From a virus (Duplodnaviria; Caudoviricetes), in the IMG/VR virus record IMGVR_UViG_3300023214_000277, positions 1-38,723 of that record: a stretch of 38,723 nt of DNA; one strand, written 5' to 3'. This document shows, piece by piece, positions 35,731 to 38,723 of the stretch. Under the pieces are notes generated by a model that made no database searches, was not told the DNA's origin, and saw nothing but the letters and a program-made list of their open reading frames with translations. A program made the translations under genes and the position numbers. The stretch's first letter is position 1. Every line of letters begins with the position of its first letter.

Positions 35731-36423
35731 TCAGCGGACGCCGGCCGCCAACAGCGCCTTGCAGTTGAGCGTCTCGACGTTGGCGCCCCCCGCCTTGATC
35801 TTGAAGACGGCGGCCATCTCGGTCGGCGTGCCCAAGGCGTGCTTGCGCTGGTAGACGTGCACGCCGTCGAGATAGAAATTCACTCGAATCTCGGTGGCCG
35901 AAACGCTGACCACTTCGATCTGCATGTTGAATGCGCCACCGGCGGCGTGCGCCACGCCATCCAGCGCGTTGGCGGCGGTCAGCTCGGCCTTGTGCTGGTC
36001 GGTACCGACCGACACGATGATGTTCCAGTTGGTGCCGCCGTCGACCTTGAAGAAGCCGGCACCCGACATGTCGACCTTCGGGCCGGCGCCGTCGTCGACC
36101 ATCAGATCGGCATCCGGCGCGTTGGCGAAACCGACATAGACGTTGGCGTCGTCGGTGTTCGCCTCGGTGTACGATCCGATGAACTGGCCCCAAAACGGCT
36201 TGTCGTCGCCGAACTTGAAGTGCTCGGGCGTGTTGACCAGCGAGGCGTCATTGTCGGTCGCCGCGGTCGGAACGGTCAGCGATCCGCCAGCCGTATCGGC
36301 GACTGCCACCGTGCCGTTTTCGGCATTGTCGATCAGCGGCAGAAGCTGATTGGCGTACCACTCATACTTGAACTGATCGTTGCCGGCCAGCAGCGAATCG
36401 GCGAGGCGTGGGATTTTAGTCAA
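35731..36423 (-). CDS. Putative capsid decoration/accessory protein
   Basis: 230 aa, beta-rich, between protease and capsid; AGGAG RBS. Confidence 0.55.
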   Translation of the reverse strand: MTKIPRLADSLLAGNDQFKYEWYANQLLPLIDNAENGTVAVADTAGGSLTVPTAATDNDASLVNTPEHFKFGDDKPFWGQFIGSYTEANTDDANVYVGFANAPDADLMVDDGAGPKVDMSGAGFFKVDGGTNWNIIVSVGTDQHKAELTAANALDGVAHAAGGAFNMQIEVVSVSATEIRVNFYLDGVHVYQRKHALGTPTEMAAVFKIKAGGANVETLNCKALLAAGVR

Positions 36424-36516
36424 CTTCGGATCTCCTGTGAAAAGCAGTGCCTGGGATTAGCCAGGCGATGTGGTTAACCAGTCTCTGGCAAACGAGTCGC
36501 GGCTGCCGTGCGGCGG

Positions 36517-37446
36517 CTACCGCTTGCGGCGGATGGCCGAAGCGGCCAGGTCGTCGACGTTTTCGGTCGTCTCGGCGCGCTCGCTGCTGCGGGGTTTGGC
36601 GTCCTTCGTGGCGGCCAGGCGATCCAAGACGGGGATCAACTGGTCGTCGCTCAGGCCGACCAGCGATTCGACCAGCGCCGCATCGTGGGTGATCTTGCGA
36701 TCGTCGAGCCGCTTGACGATTTCGGCCCGCCGCTCGGCTGCCTTTTGGGCGCGCCGCAGCTCGGCCACCTCGGTGCGAAGCTGCCGGTTTTCTTCGACCA
36801 GCTTCGCCTGATCGTGGCCGTCTCGCTGTTCGGCTTGGACCTGCTCGGTGACCTCGCGAGTCAAGGCTGCGACCAGCTCGGGGTAACTCTCGCGCAGTTG
36901 CCGCGTGTCGGTGGGTGTTTCCATGGTGGTCTCCGATTCGTAAAGACTGTGAGTGGTGGCAGGTTGAGGCGTGATATCCACGCTCTTGACCTCCTTAATA
37001 TGTTCGACGAGCTCGACACGCCCGTTATGACGGGTGCGTGCGATAACTCGGTGACTCAATCCGACGCGAGCCGGGGCATGCTCCGCGTCATAGACGAACT
37101 GCTCGGCGAGGGCATGCCGCGGGTTGTAGTGCAGATCCGCGACCAGATCGCCTTCGAGAAACCGGACGTTGCGAATCGTACCAAAACTCTCGGCATACTC
37201 GCGCGCCGTGCCCGAGGTGCCGTGCCCGATGTAAGACGTCTTGCCTTCATAGAGCGGCGCTGCGGCCAACAGCGTCTCGGGCGGATAGTGGCGCCGGTTT
37301 TTGCTGGTGCTGCCGACGATCTTCACATCGCGCACAATGTGTTGCGACGCGTCGTGATTCATCGGCCGCGTGCTGGTGACGCGCTCTTCCAGCAGACGAT
37401 ATTCGTGGCGCTTGGGAAGTGGGAGCGGGTTACTACGCAGTCTCAC
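36517..37446 (-). CDS. Prohead protease with scaffold-like coiled-coil tail
   Basis: SKNRRHY, GH, VGLSH and SVDITPQPATT..LYE motifs; coiled-coil C-terminus. Confidence 0.8.
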   Translation of the reverse strand: MRLRSNPLPLPKRHEYRLLEERVTSTRPMNHDASQHIVRDVKIVGSTSKNRRHYPPETLLAAAPLYEGKTSYIGHGTSGTAREYAESFGTIRNVRFLEGDLVADLHYNPRHALAEQFVYDAEHAPARVGLSHRVIARTRHNGRVELVEHIKEVKSVDITPQPATTHSLYESETTMETPTDTRQLRESYPELVAALTREVTEQVQAEQRDGHDQAKLVEENRQLRTEVAELRRAQKAAERRAEIVKRLDDRKITHDAALVESLVGLSDDQLIPVLDRLAATKDAKPRSSERAETTENVDDLAASAIRRKR

Positions 37447-37482
37447 GGCACGTCTCCTAAGTGTTTTGATGTGGCGGATGAT

Positions 37483-38382
37483 TCATAAATCGATCACCGG
37501 TGAGGCATAACAGCGGCAGTTCGGCTCGTCGGGCAAGTGGGGCAGCGGGTCGCCGTTGTCGGCCACATAACCTTCGCCGCGCCGGATATACCGCCGGCCG
37601 TGTCGTTCTCGGTGCGCCGGCCGCGTGTGTGCATCGAGTGTGGCGAGTACCTCGACCTGATCGATATGGTCTTGTAGACCACGCCATGATTCGCGGTTGG
37701 CCAGTTCCGCGACCCGCAGCGATTCGGTGCGCGCGATCCGCCGACTACGAAAAAGCTGTCCTTCGACGACGTCGCCCAGTCGCCGCGTCAGCGTCTGTTG
37801 GGAATCCCCCGCGCCGAGGCTGTCGACCAAGATCGAGGCGATCGACTGCATCTGCCGGTCGTCGGCCAGGCGGCGCAAGCGGTCGACGAACGTCTCGCGC
37901 GACGACCAGATCGACTGCCGCAACAATGCCTCGACCCGGTCCCGGCCCAGCGGCGGAAACAGCACACCCTCCAGTTCCGCCAGCGTCACATCGGTGCGAC
38001 CACGCAGACGCGCCAGATCATCGACGATCGAGACGCCGGTCGGGTCGTCGTTATGAAGCCTGCCGGCGGCCGGCTGCTCCGCTTCGACCAAAGCGCGGAT
38101 CACGCGATTTCCTCGGCGCCGCAGCTCTTTACCCATCGCCGCCGACGCCGCGGTGTAGCTGATATCGAGCTGATCTCGCAGACTGTCGCGCAGCGCCGGC
38201 ACCAGCCGGCCGGGCAGCTCCCGCAATCTGCCGGCAACCTGGCCGATCGTATCGCCGCGCGCCACCGACCGGCGCAGATCGATGCCCCAATCGACCACGA
38301 TGCGCGTCGTGCGGCGCTCGGTCTGTGCGGCGCGGCGCATCGCCGCGTCATGGTTTCGGCGCTGATCGGCAGCCAGCGTCAT
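37483..38382 (-). CDS. MuF/SPP1 gp7-like minor head protein
   Basis: RRIARTE, ATLDAHTRPAH and PNCRC motifs. Confidence 0.85.
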   Translation of the reverse strand: MTLAADQRRNHDAAMRRAAQTERRTTRIVVDWGIDLRRSVARGDTIGQVAGRLRELPGRLVPALRDSLRDQLDISYTAASAAMGKELRRRGNRVIRALVEAEQPAAGRLHNDDPTGVSIVDDLARLRGRTDVTLAELEGVLFPPLGRDRVEALLRQSIWSSRETFVDRLRRLADDRQMQSIASILVDSLGAGDSQQTLTRRLGDVVEGQLFRSRRIARTESLRVAELANRESWRGLQDHIDQVEVLATLDAHTRPAHRERHGRRYIRRGEGYVADNGDPLPHLPDEPNCRCYASPVIDL

Positions 38383-38723
38383 GCTTGGCCCCTCCCGATC
38401 ATGCGCGCGGCCTCGGATTGGGTGACCCCCAGGCCGACGACCAACTGGGATATCGCAGCGTCCCGGTCCATCTGCCCCGTCTTGACCGCGGTCGCCAAAT
38501 TGCTGGCCACCTGAAGCTGGGCACCGTTGAGTGCGGCGCGCGACGAACTCTCTTCGGCTGGCGACTGCTGGCCGACCATCGCCTCGGCGTCGTCGCGGGT
38601 GACCCGCAGCGCCACCACTAACTGGGATATCGCAGCGTCTCGGCCGAGTTCACCGAGCCGGACGGCGCGCGACACGCTCAACACAAAACTCAGTTGGCCG
38701 GCGTCGAGTGTGGCGGGGAGTCC
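38379..38723 (-). CDS. Probable C-terminal part of the portal gene (open at window edge)
   Basis: Frame open from 38723; ATGA overlap with MuF gene; two copies of LxxxQL...G...RDAAISQLVVxLxVT...M.G. Confidence 0.65.
   Translation of the reverse strand, partial: GLPATLDAGQLSFVLSVSRAVRLGELGRDAAISQLVVALRVTRDDAEAMVGQQSPAEESSSRAALNGAQLQVASNLATAVKTGQMDRDAAISQLVVGLGVTQSEAARMIGRGQA

Larger units (their letters stand above)
1..38723 (-). mobile_element. Near-complete temperate tailed phage genome (siphovirus-like), circularly permuted within the portal gene
   Basis: Packaging, head, tail, replication and integration modules are all present; no host housekeeping genes are seen; the portal runs off the left end and an open frame enters at the right end just upstream of the MuF gene. 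Confidence 0.92.

Overview
A near-complete, circularly permuted genome of a temperate long-tailed (siphovirus-type) dsDNA phage, GC-rich, with almost all genes on the minus strand. The portal gene is split across the two window ends. The host is probably a planctomycete, inferred from protein-family resemblance and not tested by search. Minus-strand order: portal C-terminus, MuF-like protein, protease/scaffold, capsid, head-tail and tail genes (with a -1 frameshift chaperone), tape measure, Cys-rich tail-end genes, nucleotide-related genes, xis, integrase, AAA ATPase, SSB-like, ERCC4 nuclease, primase-helicase plus iterons, TerS-like gene, a 4.9 kb accessory segment, a peptidase/membrane cluster, fibre genes, TerL, portal. 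Main oddities: (1) the 4.9 kb segment is bounded by perfect 40-bp inverted repeats, carries a truncated tyrosine recombinase and has an outward promoter aimed at the lysis/packaging genes, making it a candidate invertible switch; (2) the 14-bp palindrome CTGNGAWWTCNCAG occurs at least 12 times exactly; (3) an attP-like array lies inside the integrase 3' end, which encodes an AA-terminal tail; (4) a gpW-like domain is fused to a long repeat protein. All calls come from reading by eye; no database searches were run.
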